Assembly (NCBI GenBank): GCA_965224195.1
Contig: OZ245040.1
Coordinates: forward strand, 1 to 64,000
Direction of reading: 5' to 3'
DNA from: Nitrosopumilus sp.
GTDB lineage: Archaea > Thermoproteota > Nitrososphaeria > Nitrososphaerales > Nitrosopumilaceae
DNA: 64,000 nucleotides
Shown: in pieces, positions 49,585 through 58,719 of the stretch
How the letters are laid out: each line of letters opens with the position of its first letter
Position numbering within the stretch: position 1 is the first letter of the stretch
Made by a program: the position numbers and the translations under genes
The notes under the pieces: generated by a model
The model's input: only the letters and a program-made list of their open reading frames with translations
What the model was told of the DNA's origin: nothing
Databases searched by the model: none

Positions 49585-49937
49585 TCAGGATTCACTTCAT
49601 TGTGTGCAAATCCTTCTCCACCTGCATGTTGAACCTGTACATGATTTGTTTCAAGGGTATTTCCTTCTTGTAATGTTCCTTCATGAGAAACTCGTCCATC
49701 AACAATTACTGAAATTACATCTATTTCCTTGTGAGGATGAAGATGGGTTTCGCCATTTGGGATAAATTTTGCATCAGCTAGATATACAAAATTTCCAATT
49801 CCAGGCCAGGCACCTGAATCATTATTGCCAAATACTGTAGGATCAATGACAAGACGATGTTCACGAATACCTGCAAACCCACCTAGTTTGAGGTCATCTC
49901 GATGTAGAAGCTGTATACTCATCATACAGGCCTCCAA
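49585..49937 (-). pseudogene. Pirin-family gene, N-terminal fragment
   Basis: HPHKEIDVIS, HEGT, QHAGGEGFAHNEVNP cupin metal-binding motifs. Confidence 0.9.
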
Positions 49938-50137
49938 TAGGCATCAAATTCGCTATTTTTCATGAAATTTTGCCTTTGATTTACGATAGTGTTACTATAC
50001 ATAGTATAGTTAGTATACTAATCACTATATTAACAGAGTAGTGAAATTATAGATATCAACTTACCATAAGGTTAGTTACTAATTTTCATTAACTATAATG
50101 AAGTAAGTTATAAATACGATTAATTCAAAAACCAAAC

Positions 50138-50578
50138 ATGGCAACAAAAGAGTCAACAAATTGTTCTCAAGCTGAAATGATGAATTGTTCTCAAGCTGAA
50201 ATGATGAAATGCTGTCCAATTGATAATACATTTAAAATTATAGGAAAAAAATTTACTGTTCACATTATTCGTAACATGGCAATAATGGGGCAATCAAGAT
50301 TTAATCAATTGTTAGATAATATTGAAGGTTCAAACCCAAAAACATTATCTGCAAGATTAAAAGAAATGGAAAAAGCGAATATCATAACACGTGCAGTGTA
50401 TGATGAAGTTCCAATCAAAGTTGAATACAAATTAACAAAGAAAGGAGAAGATCTAACAGGAATAATAGGTCAAATGGCAGCTTTTTCAATGAAACATTAT
50501 GCAAAAGAGGTATTCAAAGATGGAAAGCCACGTAAATTAAAACAAGTTTTCAAAAAACCAATGGTTGCTTTAAGTTAA
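50138..50578 (+). CDS. HxlR-family winged-helix transcription regulator
   Basis: CCPIDNTFKIIGKKF, RFNQL, PKTLSARLKEME, VEYKLTKKG. Confidence 0.92.
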   Translation: MATKESTNCSQAEMMNCSQAEMMKCCPIDNTFKIIGKKFTVHIIRNMAIMGQSRFNQLLDNIEGSNPKTLSARLKEMEKANIITRAVYDEVPIKVEYKLTKKGEDLTGIIGQMAAFSMKHYAKEVFKDGKPRKLKQVFKKPMVALS

Positions 50579-50748
50579 TTTCTAGATCTAGTTCGAAGCT
50601 TTGCATGACAACATGGACATCTTATTTCTATAGTTTCTACAAACAAAGAACAATTTGTACATCTCTTGTAACCTGAAGAATATTTTAATCTGTTAGCTAT
50701 TTTTTCTCCAGTGTATCTTATACAGATTCCTTTACAAACTTGTCCCAT
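50575..50748 (-). CDS. Small Cys-rich zinc-finger protein (57 aa, below the ORF cutoff)
   Basis: MGQVCKGICIRY...GYKRCTNCSLF...RCPCCHAKLRTRSRN; same Cys pattern as the N-terminal part of ORF 30108. Confidence 0.8.
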   Translation of the reverse strand: MGQVCKGICIRYTGEKIANRLKYSSGYKRCTNCSLFVETIEIRCPCCHAKLRTRSRN

Positions 50749-50848
50749 AATAGTAACATAACAGCAAAGAAGTTAAGTTGTATAGTAACCAAAAGGAAAG
50801 TTGATTTTCATTATTTCACTTTCTACTATAAATATACTATTAGTATCT

Positions 50849-50865
50849 ACTTACATTAGGTAAGT
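50849..50865. promoter_or_regulatory. Inverted repeat ACTTAC-n5-GTAAGT, candidate HxlR operator
   Basis: Perfect palindrome; a related ACTTACcataagGTTAGT lies at 50059-50076 upstream of the HxlR gene. Confidence 0.5.
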
Positions 50866-50992
50866 TAGATGAGAATGACAACAAAAAACAACTACAAAAG
50901 AACATATACTTTTAACTATGTTCTAAAAAACTTCACGCCTATACCCCCAAGCAATGTCACCCTCACTCTAACCTTACTCCAAAGACCAGGAG

Positions 50993-51349
50993 GTGAAATG
51001 TATGGAATGTAACGGATCACAATGCTCAACTTCAGGCACAAATTCAAGCAGTTGTGAATCTGACTCTTGTTGTGATGGAGGCTGTGAATGCCCCTCCTGC
51101 TCAGGTCAGGATATGCTAAAATTTGCAGAAATCATGTGGCATAAAGCTGCTATGACTGCAATGTTTGAAGTCAAAAAAGACAAAATAAAATCAAGACTAG
51201 AAAAGTCATTTGGACCAACACTCGACAAGGGTGCAGATGCAGTAGTTGAAGCAATCGGTAAGAAAATTAAATCTGCTGTTCAAAGTTCAAAATCAGAACA
51301 AGAATTACGAAATAAGTTGTCTTCAATATTAAGTGAAGCAACAAACTAG
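50993..51349 (+). CDS. Protein with Cys-rich (metallothionein-like) N-terminus (likely start ATG ~51002)
   Basis: CNGSQC...CESDSCCDGGCECPSC; GGAGGTGA ribosome-binding site. Confidence 0.75.
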   Translation: MKCMECNGSQCSTSGTNSSSCESDSCCDGGCECPSCSGQDMLKFAEIMWHKAAMTAMFEVKKDKIKSRLEKSFGPTLDKGADAVVEAIGKKIKSAVQSSKSEQELRNKLSSILSEATN

Positions 51350-51406
51350 AATTTTTTTTTAAAAGCTAGTTTTTTTTATTTTTTTCAAATAAATAAATAT
51401 AGAGAT

Positions 51407-52027
51407 TTGATCATGATTGGTATGAATACACTTGATGCAATTAAAGAACGCCGTTCTGTAAAACATTATGATACTAATCACAAAATTACAGATGATGAAA
51501 TAAACCAATTAATGTCATTAGCAGTTTTATCTCCAACTTCATTTAACATGCAAAATTGGAGATTTGTTCTAGTAAAAGATCCTGAAATTAGAAAACAAGT
51601 TCGTGCAGCAGCATGGGACCAAGCTCAAGTAACTGATTCATCATTATTCATCATAGTTTGTGCTGATTTGAAAGCATGGAAAAATAATCCTGAACAATAT
51701 TGGGTAAATGCTCCAAAAGAGGCCCAAGATTTCTTGGTACCAGCAATGGCACCATTTTACGAAAGTAAAGACGAATTGCAAAGAGATGAGGCAATGCGCT
51801 CTTGTGGAATTGCAGCTCAAACAATAATGCTTGCTGCAAAATCAATGGGATATGATTCAAATCCAATGATAGGTTTTGATCCTCAAAAAGTGGCAGAAAT
51901 TATCAAATTACCAGATAACCATGTAATCTCTATGTTTATTGCAATTGGAAAGCAAACAAAACCTGCAATGCCTAGAGGTGGACAGCTTTCACTAGACAAA
52001 ATAGTTTTTACTGACAAATTTTCATAG
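51407..52027 (+). CDS. Nitroreductase family protein
   Basis: RRSVKHY, SPTSFNMQNWRF, PMIGFD. Confidence 0.93.
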   Translation: MIMIGMNTLDAIKERRSVKHYDTNHKITDDEINQLMSLAVLSPTSFNMQNWRFVLVKDPEIRKQVRAAAWDQAQVTDSSLFIIVCADLKAWKNNPEQYWVNAPKEAQDFLVPAMAPFYESKDELQRDEAMRSCGIAAQTIMLAAKSMGYDSNPMIGFDPQKVAEIIKLPDNHVISMFIAIGKQTKPAMPRGGQLSLDKIVFTDKFS

Positions 52028-52037
52028 TGAATTCTAA

Positions 52038-52694
52038 TTGAAAAGTATTCAATCACTAAACAAAAAAATTACAAAATGTAAAAAGTGTCCAAGACTATCT
52101 GTATACATTAGAGATGTTGCAAAAAACAAGGTAAGAAGATTCAAAGACCAAAAATATTATGGTAAACCATTATCAGGATTTGGAGACATTAACGCTAAAT
52201 TATTAATTGTTGGATTGGCACCAGCAGCTCATGGTGGAACTAGAACAGGAAGAATGTTTACAGGTGATTCATCAGGGGATTGGTTATTCAAAGTAATGCA
52301 CAAATATGGATTTGCATCAATTCCAACTAGTCAAACTGCAAATGATGGAATGATATTAGATAACGCATACATTACTGCAGCAGTGAGATGTGCTCCACCT
52401 CAAAACAAACCAACACGTGAAGAGATGGAGACATGTTTTGATTTTTTGCAACAAGAAAAAGAAATTTTAAAAAATATTACGGTGATTCTTTGCCTTGGCA
52501 AAATTGGATATGCTGCTGCATGCAAACTCTACAGTGTTAAACCAGAAAAATTTGGACATAACAAACTATTCTCATATGAAAAATTTAAAATTCTAACATC
52601 TTACCATCCATCAAGACAAAATACACAGACAGGTAGACTAACCTGGAGTCAGTGGTCTGCAGTTTTTGCAAAAGCAAAAAAGTTAACAAAATAG
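52038..52694 (+). CDS. Uracil-DNA glycosylase (family 5, UdgB-like)
   Basis: CKKCPRL, GLAPAAHG, RTGRMFTGD, RCAPPQNKP, HPSRQNT. Confidence 0.92.
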   Translation: MKSIQSLNKKITKCKKCPRLSVYIRDVAKNKVRRFKDQKYYGKPLSGFGDINAKLLIVGLAPAAHGGTRTGRMFTGDSSGDWLFKVMHKYGFASIPTSQTANDGMILDNAYITAAVRCAPPQNKPTREEMETCFDFLQQEKEILKNITVILCLGKIGYAAACKLYSVKPEKFGHNKLFSYEKFKILTSYHPSRQNTQTGRLTWSQWSAVFAKAKKLTK

Positions 52695-52935
52695 AAGACA
52701 GAGGTTTTCTGCGGGTTATCCTTTACAAATCAAGCAGTAAGCGTTGACATGTAACACGACAATAGGACATTGTATTTTAAATATCCCTATGTTCTGTCTT
52801 CAGTAATAATAGGTGTTATTGAATAATAAAGCAGATCACAAGAATTATGTAAATTTGTATATATTTTAGTATATTTTTAAATGGATTTTAAGAAATAATC
52901 CAGTACTCTTTAAATTTCATTTTGCCATACTATAA

Positions 52936-53062
52936 CTGACGAGGACTATCATACCGGCTGAAATTCGAAGAGTAAACTTTGAGGAAGTTGGCAGATAGAA
53001 AAAGGAAAACACGAAAAGGATAGAAGTATCTAAAATTCGTGATTTTCCACTAGGCCTCGTTT
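52936..53062 (+). ncRNA. Candidate structured small RNA, class unassigned
   Basis: TTTAAA box at ~52909; 5' ACGAGG pairs with 3' CCTCGT; internal hairpin GGAAAACACGAA...TTCGTGATTTTCC; T-rich tail. Confidence 0.35.
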
Positions 53063-53079
53063 CCTATTTCGTTTTTAAT

Positions 53080-53796
53080 TCTAAACAAATGAATATACAA
53101 ATTGCATTCCATCAAAGATTGCATTTCTTATAGAGTTTGCCAAATTTACAATTACATTCATCTGTTCTCGAATTATCATATTTTTGTTATCTAGTTTACC
53201 CTCCAAGGCAACAATTCTTTTCTCCAAGGAATAGATTCTATCAACATCATATTGTGAATTATTTATTAATTCATCAAAAAAATTGTTCTTTATAGGAACA
53301 TCTACTAGAATGGTGTCTAATTTATCTAATAATATTTTTTTTCTGTCGTCTCCATCATATGTCCATAAGGATCATTGTATAATGTGATGCAGCTTTGTAC
53401 CATCTGAGCATTTTTTTGAAGCTTAAAGGTTGCCTCATTTAGGAATTTGAATTGAGGATACCAATTTTCACATTTTTATAAATTCTGTAGTTTTATTTTC
53501 ATTTCATCTTGATCTTCGTGTGTTAATACAGTTATAGCATATATTTTTCGTATTTCAGATGAGCAATTTCTTTTTTGGACAGTTTTTGATGCTACAGTTA
53601 AAGAATCGTCTTTAGAAATTTTATCTTCACATTCTATAATTTCTGCTCTAATTTTTTCATCATTCTCATCTAAATGAGTATTTTGAGCAAAAGCAGGTAT
53701 TATTGATACAGTAAAGAGAAACATCATCAATATGGCTAGTTTTCTCATAGTTTGGATCAAACTGTGCTTTGCATATAACCAGCACGTAGAATTCAT
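53080..53796 (-). pseudogene. Secreted hypothetical protein gene with a nonsense codon and a frameshift
   Basis: Signal peptide MRKLAILMM...PAFAQ; TAA at 53476 is followed in frame by KCENWYPQFKFLNEATFKLQKNAQMVQSCITLYNDP, then a shifted WTYDGDDRKK. Confidence 0.65.
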
Positions 53797-53940
53797 CAGT
53801 ATGATCTAAATACTAAATTCATAATATCATATTCAGTTGGAGCTCTCACCAAACAACTAATCGTTGCTGGTCTTAAGTTCCAATTATTTTTATAATCAGT
53901 TAGCCTTAATTGTAAAACCAAGATCAATGTATCAAATACA

Positions 53941-54732
53941 ATGAATATCAAAATTGGTTGTACCGGCTGGAGCTATCAAGGGTGGTCCGGTACATTTTAT
54001 CCTAGAAATCTAAAGAGTTCAGAATGGCTCAAATATTATTCTCAACTTTTTGAGATTACAGAGATAAATTCAACATTTTACAGAATTCCTGCACAAGAAA
54101 TTGTTCGACGATGGAATACAGATACACCTAGACATTTTAGATTTACAGCAAAATTTCCCTCAATCATTACGCATGAAAAGAGACTAGATAGAGTAAATTC
54201 AAAAGTATTTTCATTTTTGGCATCTCTGGCTCCAATTCATGAAAAAATTTTAGCGTTGGTTTTGCAGCTCCCGCCATCATTGACATTTGAAGAGGCAAAA
54301 CCAAGACTCGAGGAATTATTTGAACTGCTTCCAGATAATTTCCTATACCCGATAGAAGGAAGACATGAATCATGGTTTACAGATGAGGCCATAACTTACC
54401 TCAAGCAAAACAATCACTGCCTTGTATGGAATGACATTGCAGGAGTGAATAATCCAATGCCCATAACATCAAACTATCTTTATATCCGATTAATCGGAGA
54501 CCGCTCAATCCTAGATTCTGAATTTGGGAAAATTTCTAAAAATAAAGAAGATTTGATAGTAAATTGGGCAAGAAAGCTTGAAGAAATTAAAGATATTCCA
54601 AATGCAATGGTGATGTCAAACAATCACTTTGAAGGGTTTGGTCCTGCAACAGCAAATTCATTGAGAATGCAGCTTGGAATGCGAGAATTGATTTGGGATG
54701 AAAAGAAACAGAAGACTTTGGGTAGCTTTTAG
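53941..54732 (+). CDS. DUF72 family protein
   Basis: IGCTGWSY, EINSTFY, LQLPP, YIRLIG, NNHFEG. Confidence 0.92.
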   Translation: MNIKIGCTGWSYQGWSGTFYPRNLKSSEWLKYYSQLFEITEINSTFYRIPAQEIVRRWNTDTPRHFRFTAKFPSIITHEKRLDRVNSKVFSFLASLAPIHEKILALVLQLPPSLTFEEAKPRLEELFELLPDNFLYPIEGRHESWFTDEAITYLKQNNHCLVWNDIAGVNNPMPITSNYLYIRLIGDRSILDSEFGKISKNKEDLIVNWARKLEEIKDIPNAMVMSNNHFEGFGPATANSLRMQLGMRELIWDEKKQKTLGSF

Positions 54733-54751
54733 AAACAAAGATTATGAATAA

Positions 54752-55294
54752 TTAAGGTAAGGGAGTACTTGGACCAAGACCAATTGCTTCACTAAAATAA
54801 TATCCAGCTAAAATTGTTGCAGAAGACCAAACACAAGAACCTGCAAATGTGTATAATACAAACTTTGGAATTTTCATTTTTAGTAATCCAGCAGGAACTG
54901 AAATCATTTCTCTCATCACTGGAATCATTCTCCCTAGAAATACTGCCTTGTCACCATATTTTTCAAACCAAATTTCAACACGTGCCAATTTTTTTTCATT
55001 TACTTTCACATATTTCAAATATTTCAATAAAACAACACGTCCTAGTTTTAATGCAATAAAATAGATTGCCGATGTTCCAATTGTTGCACCAATTGCACCA
55101 AGAATGATCATTGGGATTAAACCAAGTATAGTAATTCCTTGCTGGGATGCTAGAAATCCAGCAGTTGGAAATATTGCCAAAGTAGGAATTGGTGGAATTA
55201 TAGTTTCAAGTAATGCTGCTAGGAAAATTCCTTCATAGAGATGATCTCCTAGAAATTCTGCAATCCATGTCAAAAAAGAATCAAAAGGTTCCAT
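54752..55294 (-). CDS. DedA/SNARE-associated membrane protein
   Basis: ETIIPPIP, WFEKYG, GRMIPVMR...SVPAG. Confidence 0.92.
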   Translation of the reverse strand: MEPFDSFLTWIAEFLGDHLYEGIFLAALLETIIPPIPTLAIFPTAGFLASQQGITILGLIPMIILGAIGATIGTSAIYFIALKLGRVVLLKYLKYVKVNEKKLARVEIWFEKYGDKAVFLGRMIPVMREMISVPAGLLKMKIPKFVLYTFAGSCVWSSATILAGYYFSEAIGLGPSTPLP

Positions 55295-55361
55295 TTGCTT
55301 CTGGCAATGAAATCTTACTAAATTACCTTACGAGTAATGATTTCAGGCATATTTTGTGCCT

Positions 55362-55378
55362 AAAGATTGGGGTCTAAA
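55362..55378 (+). promoter_or_regulatory. Shared upstream motif AAAGATTGGGGTC(T/C)AAA, copy 1 (DM13 gene)
   Basis: 16/17 identical to 56850-56866. Confidence 0.6.
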
Positions 55379-55417
55379 CTGAAAATCCGCTATATACCAA
55401 AAACTTGTGATTTAATC

Positions 55418-56063
55418 ATGAAACTAGTAGCAATAATTGGAATTCTGGTAATTATAGTTGGTGCAATTTCAGTATTTGCAATATCACCATACTTTACAGA
55501 ATCAACTATTGATGAAGCAATTCCAACTAGTGCATTAGTTCAATCAAAGATGGATAACAAAGACACCATGATAACAGAACAGGATAATACTATGGAAGAA
55601 GAAATGATGAAGGATAATACTATGATGGAAGAAGAAATGATGAAGGATAATACTATGATGGAAGAAGAAATGATGATACTATGATGGAAGAAGAAATGAT
55701 GATACTATGATGGAAGAAGAAATGATGGAATCTATTCCAATGTCATATGCAGGAGCATTTGTAGGAGTTGGTGATGGAGTTCATGATGCTCAAGGAGATG
55801 CATATACCATACCATTAGAAGATACTAGCAATGTACTAAGACTAGAGAATTTTAAATCAACTAATGGTCCTGACTTGTATGTTTACTTGTCAACTGATGA
55901 GAACGCATCAGATTTTGTTAATTTAGGAGCACTAAAAGCAAGTAGTGGAAATCAGAATTATGAGATTCCAGATGACACTGATTTGAGTAAATACAACAAA
56001 GTTTTGATTTGGTGTAAAGCATTTGGTGTTTTGTTTGGTAGTGCAGAATTATCTACTCAATAA
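55418..56063 (+). pseudogene. DM13-domain membrane-anchored protein frameshifted within a tandem-repeat linker
   Basis: N-terminal TM ORF and C-terminal DM13 ORF (LRLENFKSTNGPDLYVYLS, GNQNY, IWCKAFGVLFG) lie in different frames across the repeat. Confidence 0.8.
55583..55728. repeat. Tandem repeat (atactatgatggaagaagaaatgatg) with 30/33-bp and 26-bp units
   Basis: Five copies visible; the last two lack aaggata and are 26 bp long. Confidence 0.9.
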
Positions 56064-56511
56064 GACTAAAAATCTTCAAAAGGAATTTTTTATAACCAGT
56101 ACTAATTCTGAAAAGTCAGTGTTAACTACAACAATTACCTTACCGATATTTTCATTTTCAAGTTTGATTCCAAGAGGATTATTTTCTTTTTCAGGTACAA
56201 ATGATGGTCAACCAAACCTAAATCCCAGATTCAAAATGATACTTTGGTCAATCATTGCAGGCACGAGAGGAGGCGTAAACAGAGCAAAAATTCTCAATTT
56301 AGTCAAAGATACACCAATGAATGCAAACAAGATTGCTACAGTATTGAATTTAGATCATAAAACAGTAATTCATCATGTTAAAATTCTTGCAAAAAATCAG
56401 CTTGTAACTAAAGCTGAAAAAGACTATGGTGCAGAGTATCAATTAACACAAATTATGAAAGAGAATCAAAGTGCTTTAGAGGAGATAATGTTAAAAATTG
56501 GAACAAAGTAA
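56023..56511 (+). CDS. ArsR-like winged-helix regulator (true start likely ~56120 or later)
   Basis: LWSIIAGTRGGVNRAKI, PMNANKIA...LDHKTVIHHVKIL. Confidence 0.85.
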   Translation: MVFCLVVQNYLLNKTKNLQKEFFITSTNSEKSVLTTTITLPIFSFSSLIPRGLFSFSGTNDGQPNLNPRFKMILWSIIAGTRGGVNRAKILNLVKDTPMNANKIATVLNLDHKTVIHHVKILAKNQLVTKAEKDYGAEYQLTQIMKENQSALEEIMLKIGTK

Positions 56512-56538
56512 ATTAACAAATCATAGGGGTATAACACA

Positions 56539-56841
56539 TTGGTAGACTTTATGCTAGCAGCAGTTGTATCTGCATTTCTTAACATTGGATTATTACTAGT
56601 TGTAATTGTAACTTATGTTCAAAACATGAGAGTAATCAGATCATACTATACATCAGGTTTGGTACTAGTTGCAGCACTCTTAATGATTCAAAATATAGTG
56701 ATTGTACTGTTTTGGTCTACACTATACATGGATGACAAAGCATTGATGATGTCAGCTGATATGGTATCTCACTATTTGTTTGCAATTAATGTAATTCAAA
56801 CAATAGGATTAGTAATTCTTGTTTGGATTACCAGAAGATAA
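56539..56841 (+). CDS. Three-TM membrane protein following the ArsR-like regulator
   Basis: Three hydrophobic helices. Confidence 0.75.
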   Translation: MVDFMLAAVVSAFLNIGLLLVVIVTYVQNMRVIRSYYTSGLVLVAALLMIQNIVIVLFWSTLYMDDKALMMSADMVSHYLFAINVIQTIGLVILVWITRR

Positions 56842-56849
56842 TTACAAAA

Positions 56850-56866
56850 AAAGATTGGGGTCCAAA
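56850..56866 (+). promoter_or_regulatory. Shared upstream motif AAAGATTGGGGTC(T/C)AAA, copy 2 (spondin gene)
   Basis: 16/17 identical to 55362-55378; ~40 bp upstream of the ATG in both cases. Confidence 0.6.
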
Positions 56867-56908
56867 GTGGGCAAATCCTTAAGGTGATTTTTCAGAATCA
56901 CTAGTTTA

Positions 56909-57645
56909 ATGAAAACAAAACAGACAAGTGTTTTTGCCATAACTGCAATAGTTGCAATGTTAGCTGTTGTAAGCATAGCAGGAATACCTGAATCTAATGC
57001 AACAAAGTCACAGATGTATGAGGTTACAATAACAAATCTCACACCAGGACAACCAATTACTCCACCTCTGCTAGTAACTCATTCTGTAAATGCAGGATTT
57101 TTTAGCATAAGAGAGATGGTAAGTGATAATGTTCAGCAACTAGCTGAGAATGGAAATTCAGAACCACTCGTTAAAATGTTACAAGGGAAATCAGGCATTT
57201 TGAGTATTGTTCAAGGTGAAACACCTCTAGTTCCAGCAAATGATCCTGGAAATACGGGTTAAGTCATTCAGAGACATTTATCGTATCCTCTGAAGGTAAC
57301 ATGAGATATCTGTCCTTTGCAAGCATGTTGGTTTGTACAAATGATGGTTTTGCAGGAATAGACTCTGTAAAACTTCCATTCTATAAACAAAAAACAGTTT
57401 ACGCAACGGCATATGATGCAAGAACTGAAATGAATACAGAAGACTTTACAGATATTGTTCCTCCTTACCAAGGTGCAATTGGTATTTCTTCAGACGATGA
57501 AGGAACCGGTGCAAGCAATGATGCAATTTCAGAAGATGGAGTAATTATCCCACATACAGGAATTATGGGAGGAGATGATTTACTTGAAAGTGTTCATACA
57601 TGGGGTAACCCAGTTGTCAAAATTGACATTGTACGAATGAAGTAA
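56909..57645 (+). pseudogene. Secreted Spondin_N-domain protein with a 1-nt frameshift near 57256
   Basis: YEVTITNLTPGQPITPPLLVTH...LAENG in the first ORF; LSFASMLVCTNDGFAG...YDARTEMN in the second. Confidence 0.8.
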
Positions 57646-57677
57646 CCTCCAACGAAAGTTGGAATTTTTTTATTTTT

Positions 57678-58628
57678 TTATGGTTTTAAAAATACCTTCA
57701 ATGTATCAGGTTTTTTTGCATGCTCTAGTGCTTCTGAAAATTTCTCCAAAGGATATGTAGAATCAATCATAGAATCTACTGAAACAATTCCTGAAGACAA
57801 GGCATCAATTGCAGGTTTGAATAATCCACAACGAGAGCCAATCAAAGTAATCTCATTGACCACAGTTGGAGTCAAGTCAAGATTCTCCCTTGATGCAATA
57901 GTCGATTTTAGAATTACAGTTCCACGAGGTTTTATCAATTTCATAGTGTCTGCAAATCCAGAATTACTTCCAGTAGCTTCTACTACCAGATCAAATGACT
58001 GTTCATCAGATGATTCAATACCGATTTTTATTTTGACTCCAATGTTTATTAGACTCTCAAGTTTACTTTTGTGCCTTCCAAAACATGTAATATTTGAGCA
58101 TGTTAGTTTCAGAATTTGAATAATTAACTGAGCTAATCTCCCATCACCAACCACGGCAACACTCCATTGTGGTTGTAATGTTACTTGTTCTTTAATCTCA
58201 AAAGCAGCAGCTAATGGTTCAACAAATACTGCTTGCTCATCTGTTATACTATCAGGAATAACGTGTAGGTTTTTTTCAGGTAATGAAAGAAATTCTGCAA
58301 ATGCACCATCTCGTTTTAAAATTCCAAGAACTGTTCGATTAGGACAATGTCTATCCATTCCTTTCTCACAAAAATCACATACACCACATCCTGCATTAAT
58401 CTCACCTACAACTCGTTTACCAATTAATTTAGGGTTTTCAGATTTTTCTACGGTTCCAACAAACTCATGACCTAATATTCCATCATACGCCATGTATCCA
58501 TCTAAAATTTCCAAATCAGTTCCACAAATTCCAGCTAAATCGACTCTAACCAACACCTCACCAGGTTTTGGATCAGGATAGTTATCATCATAGTTCATGT
58601 TTTTCCCATCAAAACATGTAGCCTTCAT
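57678..58628 (-). CDS. Zinc-dependent alcohol dehydrogenase (MDR family)
   Basis: GICGTD, GHEFVG, CGVCDFC...HC, GDGRLA. Confidence 0.92.
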   Translation of the reverse strand: MKATCFDGKNMNYDDNYPDPKPGEVLVRVDLAGICGTDLEILDGYMAYDGILGHEFVGTVEKSENPKLIGKRVVGEINAGCGVCDFCEKGMDRHCPNRTVLGILKRDGAFAEFLSLPEKNLHVIPDSITDEQAVFVEPLAAAFEIKEQVTLQPQWSVAVVGDGRLAQLIIQILKLTCSNITCFGRHKSKLESLINIGVKIKIGIESSDEQSFDLVVEATGSNSGFADTMKLIKPRGTVILKSTIASRENLDLTPTVVNEITLIGSRCGLFKPAIDALSSGIVSVDSMIDSTYPLEKFSEALEHAKKPDTLKVFLKP

Positions 58629-58719
58629 GAAAAGGATAGCATTATGTTCTAATTTTAAAATATTGAATTATTCAAAAGGAAAAGCTCATTTTTAAATAAT
58701 TTAGTTTTATGAAAAATGT

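Noticed and set aside
52935-52965. CTGACGAG...GAAA as a hammerhead ribozyme core
   Set aside because: Stem II does not pair convincingly and no stem III with an NUH cleavage site is evident.
52979-52995. GAGGAAGTT as the RNase P RNA conserved region I
   Set aside because: Surrounding sequence is too short and AT-rich, and the matching 3' conserved region is absent.
55583-55728. Short repeats here and at 2564-2683 and 3466-3511 as possible CRISPR arrays
   Set aside because: Head-to-tail tandem units without unique spacers; no cas genes in the window.
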